A stretch of 32,000 bases of DNA from positions 2,193,960 through 2,225,959 of the forward strand of contig NC_007181.1 of NCBI RefSeq assembly GCF_000012285.1, written 5' to 3'. The notes under the pieces were generated by a model. That model was not told the origin of the DNA. It made no database searches and saw only the letters and a program-made list of their open reading frames with translations. The stretch comes from Sulfolobus acidocaldarius DSM 639. Its GTDB lineage: Archaea > Thermoproteota > Thermoprotei_A > Sulfolobales > Sulfolobaceae. Shown here piece by piece: positions 16,877-27,079 of this stretch. The translations under genes were made by a program, and so were the position numbers. Position 1 is the stretch's first letter, and each line of letters starts with the position of its first letter.

Positions 16877-18036
16877 TAATTCTTCTAATTCATGCCTCAA
16901 AATTCTCTTTTTCAATAAAAGACAAGGCGATAAGAGAACCTGAGGAGCCTACAATTCCCTCATTAGAAAAGGAAAATGTATTGGTGGCTTTCACAACAGT
17001 TGAAAAAGGTGATGACGAGAAAATAATAGAGAGGGCAGTAAAAGAAATAGGTAAAGTCTTTAGTGACGTAAAGGCTTCTAGTATAATTATTTACCCATAT
17101 GCCCATTTATCTGATAACCTGGAGAAACCAGACATAGCTATAAAAATACTGAGACAGCTAGAAGAGGAGACAAAGAAAGTCACCATGGAAGTGAGTAGGG
17201 CACCTTTTGGTTGGTATAAGCAATTTTACATTAACTGTTACGGTCATCCGTTAAGTGAATTAAGTAAGAGAATAAGACATGAAGAGGATTATGAGAAAAG
17301 CGAGGAGATAAAGGTTTGTGAAAAATTTGGCTTTCCGAGCTCTCCACATAGTGTATTTATGAGAAATGCTACCATTGAATACTTAAAGAATCTGGTTAAA
17401 CCTAATTTTATAACTGAAGGAGATGGAATTCCTGAGGAAGGAGAGTTCAGGATAATTTACTCTTCCACTCAAGGACGAAGATTACCTTGTGTAAATGAGG
17501 AGCCAAAGATTAAGGTAAGGATAAAAAACGGGGTAGATGGTATAATAGAAAAATTTGAGGACTCAAAGAACTCATATGTTATAGTAAACAGGACTAAGGA
17601 TTATGTGGAGATAGATGTTAATTTACTAACCTACTATTTCCTCTATAACGCTAGTACTAAGGCTCCACCTATGTTGCCTTTATGGATGAACCCAATCCAA
17701 GTGAGAATCTTGCCTGTTAAAAGTGATTACCTACAGGACGCATTCAAGATAGCTAGCTACATTAAAGCGAGGGTAGATGTTGACGACATAAATGATAACC
17801 TTGGCTCAAAAATAGCCAGAGCTGGAAAGGAATGGATACCCTTCGTAGTTCTACTTGGGGAGAGGGAAGTTAAGACAGGTTCGTTAACAATAAAGCTAAG
17901 GGAAAAGAATGAACAGAGAAGTTACACCATAGATGAGTTAAATGAGGAGATAAAGAGGGGAGATCCATTAATGTTGCCATCTACACTGCCATTGCAACTC
18001 TCGAAGAGAAGTAAGAAAAACGTTACTCTACAGTAA
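16873..18036 (+). CDS. free-standing threonyl-tRNA synthetase editing subunit (ThrRS-ed)
   Basis: N-terminus [25 protein letters not shown] matches the archaeal ThrRS editing-domain start. The C-terminal segment IQVRILPV...[34 protein letters not shown] is a class II anticodon-binding domain. No intact catalytic motifs are evident. The ATG overlaps the upstream stop (ATGA). Confidence 0.8.
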   Translation: MIILLIHASKFSFSIKDKAIREPEEPTIPSLEKENVLVAFTTVEKGDDEKIIERAVKEIGKVFSDVKASSIIIYPYAHLSDNLEKPDIAIKILRQLEEETKKVTMEVSRAPFGWYKQFYINCYGHPLSELSKRIRHEEDYEKSEEIKVCEKFGFPSSPHSVFMRNATIEYLKNLVKPNFITEGDGIPEEGEFRIIYSSTQGRRLPCVNEEPKIKVRIKNGVDGIIEKFEDSKNSYVIVNRTKDYVEIDVNLLTYYFLYNASTKAPPMLPLWMNPIQVRILPVKSDYLQDAFKIASYIKARVDVDDINDNLGSKIARAGKEWIPFVVLLGEREVKTGSLTIKLREKNEQRSYTIDELNEEIKRGDPLMLPSTLPLQLSKRSKKNVTLQ

Positions 18037-19795
18037 CAGTTTTAGCTAAATTTCTAGGTTTATCTGGATTTAGTCCTTTACTTACAGAGGCATAATATGC
18101 AATTAACTGAAGTACAACTGAAATTGATAGAGCAGGAAATTGAATAGAGTCCAAATATATTTCGACATCACTTTCACTTATTTTCTTGTTTGCACTAATC
18201 ACATAGGCTTTCGCGCCTCTAGCTTTCATCTCTATAACGTTATTTCTAAGCAGATCAGTGATTTCACCATCGTTTATTGCCACAATTGGAAAGCCTTTAT
18301 CTACTAGTGATATGGGACCATGTTTACTCTCACCTGCAGGATATGCCTCAGCATGAACATACGCGACTTCCTTTATTTTCAGTGCCCCTTCCATAGCTAA
18401 TGGTAAAGACATTCCTCTACCTAAGTAGTATATACTAGTCTTCTTGGATAACTCCTCTCCGATAAGTTTTGCATAACCCTCTACGCTAGATATAACCCTT
18501 TCAACCTCCGTGTCTGCTCCCCTGAATTTATTAGTATTGTCCCTCCTTAATCTAGAGTATATAAAGAGGAGAGAAATCAGCTGTGTTATAAATGTCTTCG
18601 TTGCAGCTACACTTATCTCAGGACCTGCCCTCATATAGATTTTGTAATTACTTTCTCTCGCTAAAGCACTTTCTATAACATTAGTTAGAGATACTATTCT
18701 AGCTCCTTCCTCTTTAAACTTTCTAACTGCCTGAAGTAGATCTAAAGTTTCTCCGCTCTGACTAATAGCAAATATTAAGTCATCCTTCTTAGCCTTGAAA
18801 TTATAATACTCTGAGGCTATCAACGGAAAACTATTCATTCCTTCCCTACTCAATAAGAGGGAAAAATACAATCCTGCGTGATAACTCGTACCAGCGCCTA
18901 CTACTACAATCCTTCCTGAACTCTTCATTTCTGCTATAATTTTGTCTATTAAGTCGAGGTCAGAAATTAGACTGTCTACTGTATCTCTGATTGATTTTGG
19001 TGATTCGTGTATTTCCTTAATCATGAAATGTGGATATCCTTCTTTAGAGGCAGTTTCCACATCCCAGTCAATGACCCTTACTCTATCTGATAGATCCACC
19101 GGATTACCGTCCTTGTCTTCTATAAAGACATTAGATGTTGTGATAAAACCGAGTTCTCCATCCTTGATAACTAAAATCCTCTTTGTGTATGAGAGAAAAG
19201 CAGGAATGTCACTGGCTATATAATTTTCCTTCTCTCCAAGACCAATAACTAATGGATTGTCCCTCTTGGCAAAGAATATTCTCTTTTCTCCATGAATAAC
19301 AGCTAAAACTGCATAACTTCCCTCTAAAGTCTTAATTGAATTCCTGAACGCACTATAAGCATCCATACCTCTTTTCATGAATTCCTCAATTAAGTGGGGA
19401 ATTATTTCTGTATCCGTATCACTTTTGAATACATGTCCTAGTGTCTGAAGCTCTTCTCTCAATTCCTTATAATTCTTTATTGTACCATTATGGATTACAG
19501 CTATCTTACCTGAACAGTCTACATGAGGATGAGCGTTATAGTCTGTAGGAGGACCGTGGGTCGCCCATCTCGTGTGACCTAAAAATATGTAACCAGACAT
19601 CTCACTGACTTTCTTTTTACTAATGACCTCCTCTACAGTTCCCTTAGCCTTCCTTACCTCCAGCTTATTATTATCAAGCGACGCAACGCCTACACTGTCA
19701 TATCCTCTATACTCCAGTCTCTTTAATGCGGAGATAACTTTGTCAGCGATCTTCTTATCTTCCTTTGAGGATACTATTCCGATTATTCCGCACAC
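18023..19795 (-). CDS. glmS: glutamine--fructose-6-phosphate aminotransferase (isomerising)
   Basis: N-terminal (M)CGIIG glutaminase nucleophile, two SIS domains and C-terminal [12 protein letters not shown]. 590 aa. GTG start at 19795. Confidence 0.95.
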   Translation of the reverse strand: MCGIIGIVSSKEDKKIADKVISALKRLEYRGYDSVGVASLDNNKLEVRKAKGTVEEVISKKKVSEMSGYIFLGHTRWATHGPPTDYNAHPHVDCSGKIAVIHNGTIKNYKELREELQTLGHVFKSDTDTEIIPHLIEEFMKRGMDAYSAFRNSIKTLEGSYAVLAVIHGEKRIFFAKRDNPLVIGLGEKENYIASDIPAFLSYTKRILVIKDGELGFITTSNVFIEDKDGNPVDLSDRVRVIDWDVETASKEGYPHFMIKEIHESPKSIRDTVDSLISDLDLIDKIIAEMKSSGRIVVVGAGTSYHAGLYFSLLLSREGMNSFPLIASEYYNFKAKKDDLIFAISQSGETLDLLQAVRKFKEEGARIVSLTNVIESALARESNYKIYMRAGPEISVAATKTFITQLISLLFIYSRLRRDNTNKFRGADTEVERVISSVEGYAKLIGEELSKKTSIYYLGRGMSLPLAMEGALKIKEVAYVHAEAYPAGESKHGPISLVDKGFPIVAINDGEITDLLRNNVIEMKARGAKAYVISANKKISESDVEIYLDSIQFPALSISVVLQLIAYYASVSKGLNPDKPRNLAKTVTVE

Positions 19796-19817
19796 AAGAA
19801 TTTCTCTACGCTAACTA

Positions 19818-20762
19818 CTAAATTAACTTTATCATAACTCCATTGAACGAGGGATTGGCGTTTATCAGTTTTCCTCCCATGGCTTTGATCAGAAATTCCG
19901 CTTGCTCACTCTTAGTACAGACCACAGCTCCTCCTCCACCACCACCACTGACCTTACACCCTTTAACACCTGCTATCCTTGCAGTTGAGACAATTTGATC
20001 TATTACGGGGACAGTAATGCCTATTGAAAACAGAAGACCATGGTTAATGTACATTAATTCTCCCAATTCGTCTTCATCGTTCTTAGCAATAGCATTTTTT
20101 GCCTCAGTGGTAACTTGCTCTATCACATTTAATACAGATTCGAATAACTGGGGTTTGGATTCCTTGAGTTTTTTAACTCTCTTTAACATGTCTGCAGTGG
20201 TTGCTATTCTCCTAAAATAGCCTGAGGAAAAGTTCATGTTTGCATCTAATTTCTCAACTTCTTTACCCCCTTTCTTAACTAGGATAAACCCGCCAAAAGT
20301 CTCTGTATGTGTGTCCATAATGCTAGCCAATCCTTGAACCCTTAACTCGATCTCATGAGATATTTTAGCTATTTGCTCTCTAGATAGTTTATGACCTAAA
20401 AGCGTGGAGTAGGCAGAGACCATACCTACTACTACACCTGCGCTAGTGCCTAACCCAACAGATGGATCCACTGGTGACTCAATATCAATACTGACTTTTT
20501 TCTCTGCACCAAAGTAATTTATAGTCTCAGTTATGTAAGCTAAAACTCTCTTCACGTTCTCGTTTTCCACTTTATATTCATGCAGATCAACTTTGACACC
20601 AGTGAGTTCTAAAGTGTTCGATGTAACATAAAACCTTTCACTTTCTTTAATTCTTATCTTCAAATATTCTGATATAGTATACGCTATAGCAGGTCTACCA
20701 TAAACTACAGCATGCTCTCCAAATAAGGTCAATTTGAGAGGAACCGATGCTTCAACTATCAT
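19818..20762 (-). CDS. mvk: mevalonate kinase (GHMP kinase family)
   Basis: PLKLTLFGEHAVVYGRPAIA N-terminal motif, GHMP motif GLGTSAGVVV and C-terminal glycine-rich KVSGGGGGG. 314 aa. Confidence 0.8.
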   Translation of the reverse strand: MIVEASVPLKLTLFGEHAVVYGRPAIAYTISEYLKIRIKESERFYVTSNTLELTGVKVDLHEYKVENENVKRVLAYITETINYFGAEKKVSIDIESPVDPSVGLGTSAGVVVGMVSAYSTLLGHKLSREQIAKISHEIELRVQGLASIMDTHTETFGGFILVKKGGKEVEKLDANMNFSSGYFRRIATTADMLKRVKKLKESKPQLFESVLNVIEQVTTEAKNAIAKNDEDELGELMYINHGLLFSIGITVPVIDQIVSTARIAGVKGCKVSGGGGGGAVVCTKSEQAEFLIKAMGGKLINANPSFNGVMIKLI

Positions 20763-20774
20763 TATTTAACCGTA

Positions 20775-21860
20775 ATGAGATTTACTCATATGCAAGCTAT
20801 AATTCTTGCCGGTGGCAAAGGTGAAGGGTTGCTACCATATACTGAGAGAGTGCAAAAGGAAACCATTAATATACTTGGTAAAATGATCCTTTCCTATTCT
20901 ATTTCAGGCTTGAAAAAAGCGGGAATAAATGATTTCGTTGTGGTGACTACTGATCGAGGTAAAAAGTTAATTGAAGATGAACTAGAAAAACTAAACGTGA
21001 GCTTTGAAGTAATAAATCAACATAGGGAAGGTATCAGTGGAGCTATAAAGGATGGATTAGAAAAATCAGATGACGATAATATAGTAATAGCTTTTGGAGA
21101 TATTGTTGCACCAGAAGAATTTTACGTGAATCTAGTTAATGCGTTTTCCGTTTCAGGTTCCGAGATAGTTATACCGCTAGTACCTGTGAGTAAAGGAATC
21201 CAAACCTATGGACTAGCAAAGATAACCACTGAGGGATTAGAAGTAGTAAAAGAGGGATCAACTTTAGCTCTTGCAGGAGCATACATAATAAAGAATGAGA
21301 CATTTGAGGATTTCATAGATTACCTTAATCAACGCAAAAGTAAGATAAAGTACTTTATATGGAGTGGGGATTGGTTTGACATAGGTTACCCTGAAGATAT
21401 TATCGGTGCTTTGGAAGCCCTATTAAGCAAGCACGAAACTGTTATATCAAGCTCTAGTGAGATATCAAAAACAGCTATTATAGGAAAGAAGGTTATAATC
21501 GATAATAACGCAGTTATAGATGATTATGCTGTTGTTAAGGGACCAGCTTACATTGGTGAGAACGCATACATAGGGAACTTTTCACTTGTGAGAGATTACA
21601 GCTCGGTGGAGAGAGGTGCAAAAGTAGGAGCCTACTGTGAGATAGTTCATTCCTCGATACAACCTGGAGCTGAAATAGGTTCAAAGAGTTACCTTACATA
21701 CAGTATAATAGGGAGTAATTCTAAGATAGGATCCAATGTTATAATGTCAAGCTACCCAGCGAATGTAATAAGAGGGAGAGTTGAAAAGTTAGGTGCTTTA
21801 GTATCACCTGATAAGGAGGTTGAGCACGGTAGCATACTACGACCTGGAACTAAAATTTAA
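20775..21860 (+). CDS. sugar-phosphate nucleotidyltransferase with C-terminal left-handed beta-helix (GlmU/ST0452-like)
   Basis: AIILAGGKGEGL nucleotidyltransferase P-loop-like motif. The C-terminal third has hexapeptide repeats (IGKKVIIDNNAVIDDYAVVKGPAYIGENAYIGNFSLV...). The second ATG at 20790 (MQAIILAGG) may be the true start. Confidence 0.8.
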   Translation: MRFTHMQAIILAGGKGEGLLPYTERVQKETINILGKMILSYSISGLKKAGINDFVVVTTDRGKKLIEDELEKLNVSFEVINQHREGISGAIKDGLEKSDDDNIVIAFGDIVAPEEFYVNLVNAFSVSGSEIVIPLVPVSKGIQTYGLAKITTEGLEVVKEGSTLALAGAYIIKNETFEDFIDYLNQRKSKIKYFIWSGDWFDIGYPEDIIGALEALLSKHETVISSSSEISKTAIIGKKVIIDNNAVIDDYAVVKGPAYIGENAYIGNFSLVRDYSSVERGAKVGAYCEIVHSSIQPGAEIGSKSYLTYSIIGSNSKIGSNVIMSSYPANVIRGRVEKLGALVSPDKEVEHGSILRPGTKI

Positions 21861-21878
21861 ACAACTGTAGACCAAAAA

Positions 21879-22226
21879 TCATAACACGTCTGTTATTATT
21901 CCCATCCATCTACCTTCTTCATAAAGCATATATTCAACTTCTAATGTTAGTCTTTTCTCTCCGTGTTTTGTCTTTACTTTGATGGGATAAATGAAGTAAT
22001 AAACGTCTCCTTCAACTTCCTTTTTAGCTCTCTCCGGAAATTCAATCTCGTACCCATAAGATAGTGCTACTTGTTCTAGTTTAGAAGTCAGCCTAGCCAG
22101 TATATCCTTTAGGGACTCACCGTATATCGGTTCCATAGAAAGCGACTTTAATTCTTTCTTAAAGGCTATTATACTCTCTCTACTTACCCTCTTCTTCCTT
22201 GTTTTTTGTTGTTTATTCTTCTCCAC
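21879..22226 (-). CDS. hypothetical protein with basic N-terminus
   Basis: 115-aa ORF with a GTG start, KNKQQKTRKKR N-terminal patch and no recognised domain. Confidence 0.45.
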   Translation of the reverse strand: MEKNKQQKTRKKRVSRESIIAFKKELKSLSMEPIYGESLKDILARLTSKLEQVALSYGYEIEFPERAKKEVEGDVYYFIYPIKVKTKHGEKRLTLEVEYMLYEEGRWMGIITDVL

Positions 22227-22364
22227 ACTTAATTCATCAAAAATAATCGTTTAAAAAGGTAATCGCAAAATGTTTCTAATCAGTTTTACCTAATAGATTA
22301 AATCTGATTATTTTCTAGATAAAATTAGATATTTTGTTATTACTTATTATGTGTTAGATTTATG

Positions 22365-23147
22365 TTAGAAATATGATAATTTCTTTTTCATCTGATCCAC
22401 TAATTCATTTAGTTGCGATGCTAATTCAGGATCAGGGTTTCTAATGGAATTTAATGTATTACTTATTCCATTCGAGAGTAACGACCTATCAAAATAGAGG
22501 GATCTTGAAGCTAAAAGATAGAGTAGTTTTATCTTTTCAGACTCCACAAATTCATCAAACTTATTTTCCAATATCATAGCCTTTAATGCCTTGCCCCTTG
22601 AAACAGTCTTAATCCAACTCTTACTACTCTTTAATTTCTCCATGAACTCACTATCATATGCTATATCCTCTAGTATGTCCTTAATATCTAAGCTAATCTC
22701 TGCCTTCCTCTTATCTACTAAATCGATAATCATGTCCTTGAGTAGACTATAATTAACTCCCAACTCTTCCTTTTCTGGATAGATAGTTAAACCTAATGAT
22801 GTAGCCTCCTTTTTTATCTCTGAAAATACGTTATCAATATCCTGCGAAATTACCCTAGAGTTTAAAGGTAGACCTGTAAGTGACGAGGAAACGGCGTGAA
22901 GTATATGAACATCTAATGTAACAAAAAGGGAGATAACCTTGTCTATCATTTCAGGTTGTGATCTCTGTAACCAAGCCAAAAATGGCTTTCTCACGTACTT
23001 CCTAGGCCATGAGTCTAATTCATATAAAATTGGTGATTTTGCATATGATATACTTACGTAATATCCTCCGTTAATCCTCTTATATGCTTGTATAACTAAA
23101 TCTCTATCAATACCTGAATTAACAGCTAATGTGATAAAATCCAACAC
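22365..23147 (-). CDS. hypothetical protein
   Basis: 260-aa ORF with a GTG start at 23147, preceded by GAGGT (23154-23158) at 6-nt spacing. Predicted helical, no recognised domain. Confidence 0.6.
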   Translation of the reverse strand: MLDFITLAVNSGIDRDLVIQAYKRINGGYYVSISYAKSPILYELDSWPRKYVRKPFLAWLQRSQPEMIDKVISLFVTLDVHILHAVSSSLTGLPLNSRVISQDIDNVFSEIKKEATSLGLTIYPEKEELGVNYSLLKDMIIDLVDKRKAEISLDIKDILEDIAYDSEFMEKLKSSKSWIKTVSRGKALKAMILENKFDEFVESEKIKLLYLLASRSLYFDRSLLSNGISNTLNSIRNPDPELASQLNELVDQMKKKLSYF

Positions 23148-23154
23148 TTATCTA

Positions 23155-23209
23155 CCTCAGACCTGGCCACTTTCTTCATTAAATCAGAAAAGAATGTGCT
23201 CATCAACAT
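23155..23209 (-). ncRNA. C/D-box sRNA (canonical double-guide architecture)
   Basis: Minus strand reads GU-UGAUGA-gcacauucuuuu(12)-CUGA-uuua-AUGAAGA-aaguggccaggu(12)-CUGA-GG. C box = 23200-23205, D-prime = 23184-23187, C-prime = 23173-23179, D = 23157-23160. TTTTTTATT (23231-23239) is centred about 26 nt upstream of the inferred 5-prime end. Confidence 0.75.
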
Positions 23210-23274
23210 ATAAAAGGATTCATATATCCAATAAAAAATTATTACTACTTTGATTTGAGGTATATAAGACGAAA

Positions 23275-24354
<1,080 letters not shown>

Positions 24355-24658
24355 TTAATATAATATAAACTTTTTGAACAATGCTGACATATAGAGTGAT
24401 TAATTAACGTATTATAATGATAAATTACAATAATGATAAACTTATTAGAAAATTTATAAAATATTTAGAGAAATAAAGTGGAGGTATTTGAAATCTGTTG
24501 AGATATCTCATGTTAATTCTTGATATAGATTATTGTGTTTATGCTGTATGTTCAGTAAAATTAGGGATAGTTCAAGATATATCTCTACCTCTAGAAATTA
24601 GATTCAATCATTAAGACAAATGAGAGATAATGCATTAACAATAAAATATAATTAGAAA

Positions 24659-25396
24659 TTAAATTGGCTTTGCGATTATTGCCATTTGTGGATCAGTAAC
24701 TTCGAATCTCTTCCATGAATATCCACTTAAAACCTCCAGTATTTCAAATCCAGACTTTGTTAATAATCTAACTATTTCATGTAAACTGTAAAGTCTCTGC
24801 GAAAATGTTATTCTCTCTATCTCTTTTCCATCCTTTAAATAAGACCTGGTGACTTTCAACCTTGAGGAGAAAGGATCAAAATCATTTTTATCAATAATCA
24901 CATAGGGCGGAACGTAAGAGTGTACTACCTCTGGTTTGTTATAAATAGCATAGTCCCTATTCTCCAAGTTAACAATAAGTAGACCACCCTGTTTTAAAAC
25001 TGCTCTGAATTCATTCAATATCCTTAAATCGTCTTCCTCCTCATAATAACCCAGACTATTGAAAATATTTAGAATAATGTCGAATTTATCTCTTATTAAA
25101 GTTGAGAGATGTCTCATGTCCCCCTTGATAAAGTTACCTTTTTTAACTCTCTCCTTCGCCGTGTTAATCATCTTTTCTGATATATCAATTCCGCTTACGT
25201 TGTAGTTCAATTTAGTGAGATAGTAACTGACTCTACCAATTCCACAAGGTACATCAAGAATATTTCTCGCATCAATCTTATATTTCTTAACTACTTCGTC
25301 TATCCATTTAGCCCACTTTTCTCCTTCTTCCCATATCTTCAGCATCTCGTTAATGTAAAGATCAGACTCAAATATCTTAATCCAATAATCTTCCAT
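24659..25396 (-). CDS. class I SAM-dependent methyltransferase
   Basis: Motif I ILDVPCGIGRVS, followed by the acidic-loop DISEKM and post-I motifs. 245 aa. Substrate unknown. Confidence 0.85.
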   Translation of the reverse strand: MEDYWIKIFESDLYINEMLKIWEEGEKWAKWIDEVVKKYKIDARNILDVPCGIGRVSYYLTKLNYNVSGIDISEKMINTAKERVKKGNFIKGDMRHLSTLIRDKFDIILNIFNSLGYYEEEDDLRILNEFRAVLKQGGLLIVNLENRDYAIYNKPEVVHSYVPPYVIIDKNDFDPFSSRLKVTRSYLKDGKEIERITFSQRLYSLHEIVRLLTKSGFEILEVLSGYSWKRFEVTDPQMAIIAKPI

Positions 25397-25508
25397 TAGA
25401 TATTCATATGGCTGAATGAAAAAATAAAACTACCTATCTTACGCTAAACGATTTCCAATAAACTTGAGGTAATATTTAATATATTTGTAGAATAATCAAG
25501 TATCAACA

Positions 25509-26435
25509 ATGCTCGTACTGAATAAAACTCAGTTAGAGGAAATTCTTGACGCCGAAACAGCAGTAAATGCAGTCAAAGAAGCTTTTTCACTATATTCATC
25601 AAGGAGAGTGGTCCAACCACAAAGACAAGTACTGAGCGTTAAGGGAAACTGGTGGGGAATCATGCCGTCTTACACTGATCTCTCTCTTGCAGTAAAGATA
25701 GTCAACGTAATACCATCAAATAAGGAAAGAAATATACCGAGTGTGCAAGGAGTAGTTATATTAATGTCCCCAGATACAGGCGAGACATTAGCCATACTAG
25801 ATGGTTTAGTCCTTACAGCAATTAGGACTTCGTCCGCGAGTATTTTATCAGCAGAGCTAGCCATGAACACAAGAACAATAGGAACTTTAGGTATAATAGG
25901 AGCCGGTACCGAAGCCCGTTACCACCTAAAATTAGGCTTAAGTTATTTCAAAGTTGGTAGGGTGTTGATTTCAGCAAGGAGAAATCATTATTTATTAGCT
26001 AAAGAATTCGGTGCTGAGGCTGTAGAGCTAGAAAAAGTGCTAAGGGAAGCCGATGTTATATTTTCCACAACTTCTTCATCCTCACCCGTGATTTTAGGTA
26101 AATACTTGAGAGACGATTTCCACATCTCCAGTATAGGTGCACATACACCTGAGTCAAGGGAAATAGATGATGATACTATAAGAAAGATTGAGACATATAT
26201 GGTGGATTCTGTTGAGGCTGTAGCGAATGAAACAGGAGATTATATTCAGCCTGTAAATAGTGGCGTTCTCAGGAAGGAAAAGGTTATTGAAATTGGTGAG
26301 GTAATCAATAGAGGTTTAAATGTCAAAAGACCATCATTGTTCAAGACCGTAGGAATAGCCTCTGAAGACAATTTAACCGCATATATGGCATATAAGGTTG
26401 CCCTAAAAAAGGGAATAGGGATTAATGTCGAATAG
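25509..26435 (+). CDS. ornithine cyclodeaminase / mu-crystallin family protein
   Basis: Family-typical TAIRTSSAS and NAD-binding [12 protein letters not shown] motifs. 308 aa. Confidence 0.85.
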   Translation: MLVLNKTQLEEILDAETAVNAVKEAFSLYSSRRVVQPQRQVLSVKGNWWGIMPSYTDLSLAVKIVNVIPSNKERNIPSVQGVVILMSPDTGETLAILDGLVLTAIRTSSASILSAELAMNTRTIGTLGIIGAGTEARYHLKLGLSYFKVGRVLISARRNHYLLAKEFGAEAVELEKVLREADVIFSTTSSSSPVILGKYLRDDFHISSIGAHTPESREIDDDTIRKIETYMVDSVEAVANETGDYIQPVNSGVLRKEKVIEIGEVINRGLNVKRPSLFKTVGIASEDNLTAYMAYKVALKKGIGINVE

Positions 26436-26946
26436 ACTTTCTCCATAAAACGTTTGGATTATTGGTTTTCTTGTTGACATAAAGAGCTAATATAAACAGC
26501 AACGTCGAGAGTCTATTCAGGTATTTTTCATGAATCTGCTTGGCTCTGTTAGTCTTCAATAACCTTACTATACTTCGTTCTGCCCTCCTACAGATAGCCC
26601 TTGAGAGATGAAGAGATGATGAGGCAATATGACCACCAGGAAGAACAAAGTTCTTTATAGGCTCTAAGGTTTTGGAGTACTCTTCAATTAATTTTTCCAC
26701 ATGTTTCACTTTTTCCTCGTCAAAGTTCATCTCAAATCCAGCGATTTCAGATGAAAGCTCAAAGATATCAAACTGTACAGCCTCCAATACTTCTTTAATA
26801 TCTGGATATAAACTTATAACAACTCCTAAAGAGGAGTTCAATTCGTCTAAATCACCCAAAGCCACAACTAAGTCCTCGTCTTTCCATACTTCGCCCCCTG
26901 AAGGTAGTCTAGTTTTACCACTATCACCACTCCCAGTATACCACAT
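26422..26946 (-). CDS. PduO-type ATP:cob(I)alamin adenosyltransferase
   Basis: [14 protein letters not shown]...[13 protein letters not shown]...LPGG...[13 protein letters not shown] are the family motifs. I start at the internal ATG (26946, 174 aa) because family members begin at the YT(GS)GD motif. The ORF track extends to 27030. Confidence 0.85.
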   Translation of the reverse strand: MWYTGSGDSGKTRLPSGGEVWKDEDLVVALGDLDELNSSLGVVISLYPDIKEVLEAVQFDIFELSSEIAGFEMNFDEEKVKHVEKLIEEYSKTLEPIKNFVLPGGHIASSSLHLSRAICRRAERSIVRLLKTNRAKQIHEKYLNRLSTLLFILALYVNKKTNNPNVLWRKSIRH

Positions 26947-27079
26947 AATAATTAGATTTACTGTGATAGACTTTATATCATTTGCCTTCCAACCTAAAGC
27001 TAACCCTTCTGAGGCAATTTCATAAAACAAAGGAAAAAATTAAACTTAACTTTCCAGGACTTTTGATTTTCTTAGTGTA

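Noticed and set aside
24499-24584. Perfect palindromes TGAGATATCTCA (24499-24510) and AGATATATCT (24575-24584) upstream of the mcr-like gene
   Set aside because: A 12-bp palindrome needs only six matching pairs. I estimate that several are expected by chance in the AT-rich intergenic DNA of this window. They are also more than 160 bp from the start codon.
26963-27012. GTGATAGA ... CTGA with 38-nt spacing, antisense to the adenosyltransferase 5-prime region
   Set aside because: The overall spacing is right, but there are no internal boxes and the C box is degenerate.
26947-27030. 28-codon N-terminal extension of the adenosyltransferase ORF
   Set aside because: PduO-type enzymes begin at the conserved YT(G/S)GD motif, which here directly follows the internal ATG at 26946. 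The extension has no family counterpart.
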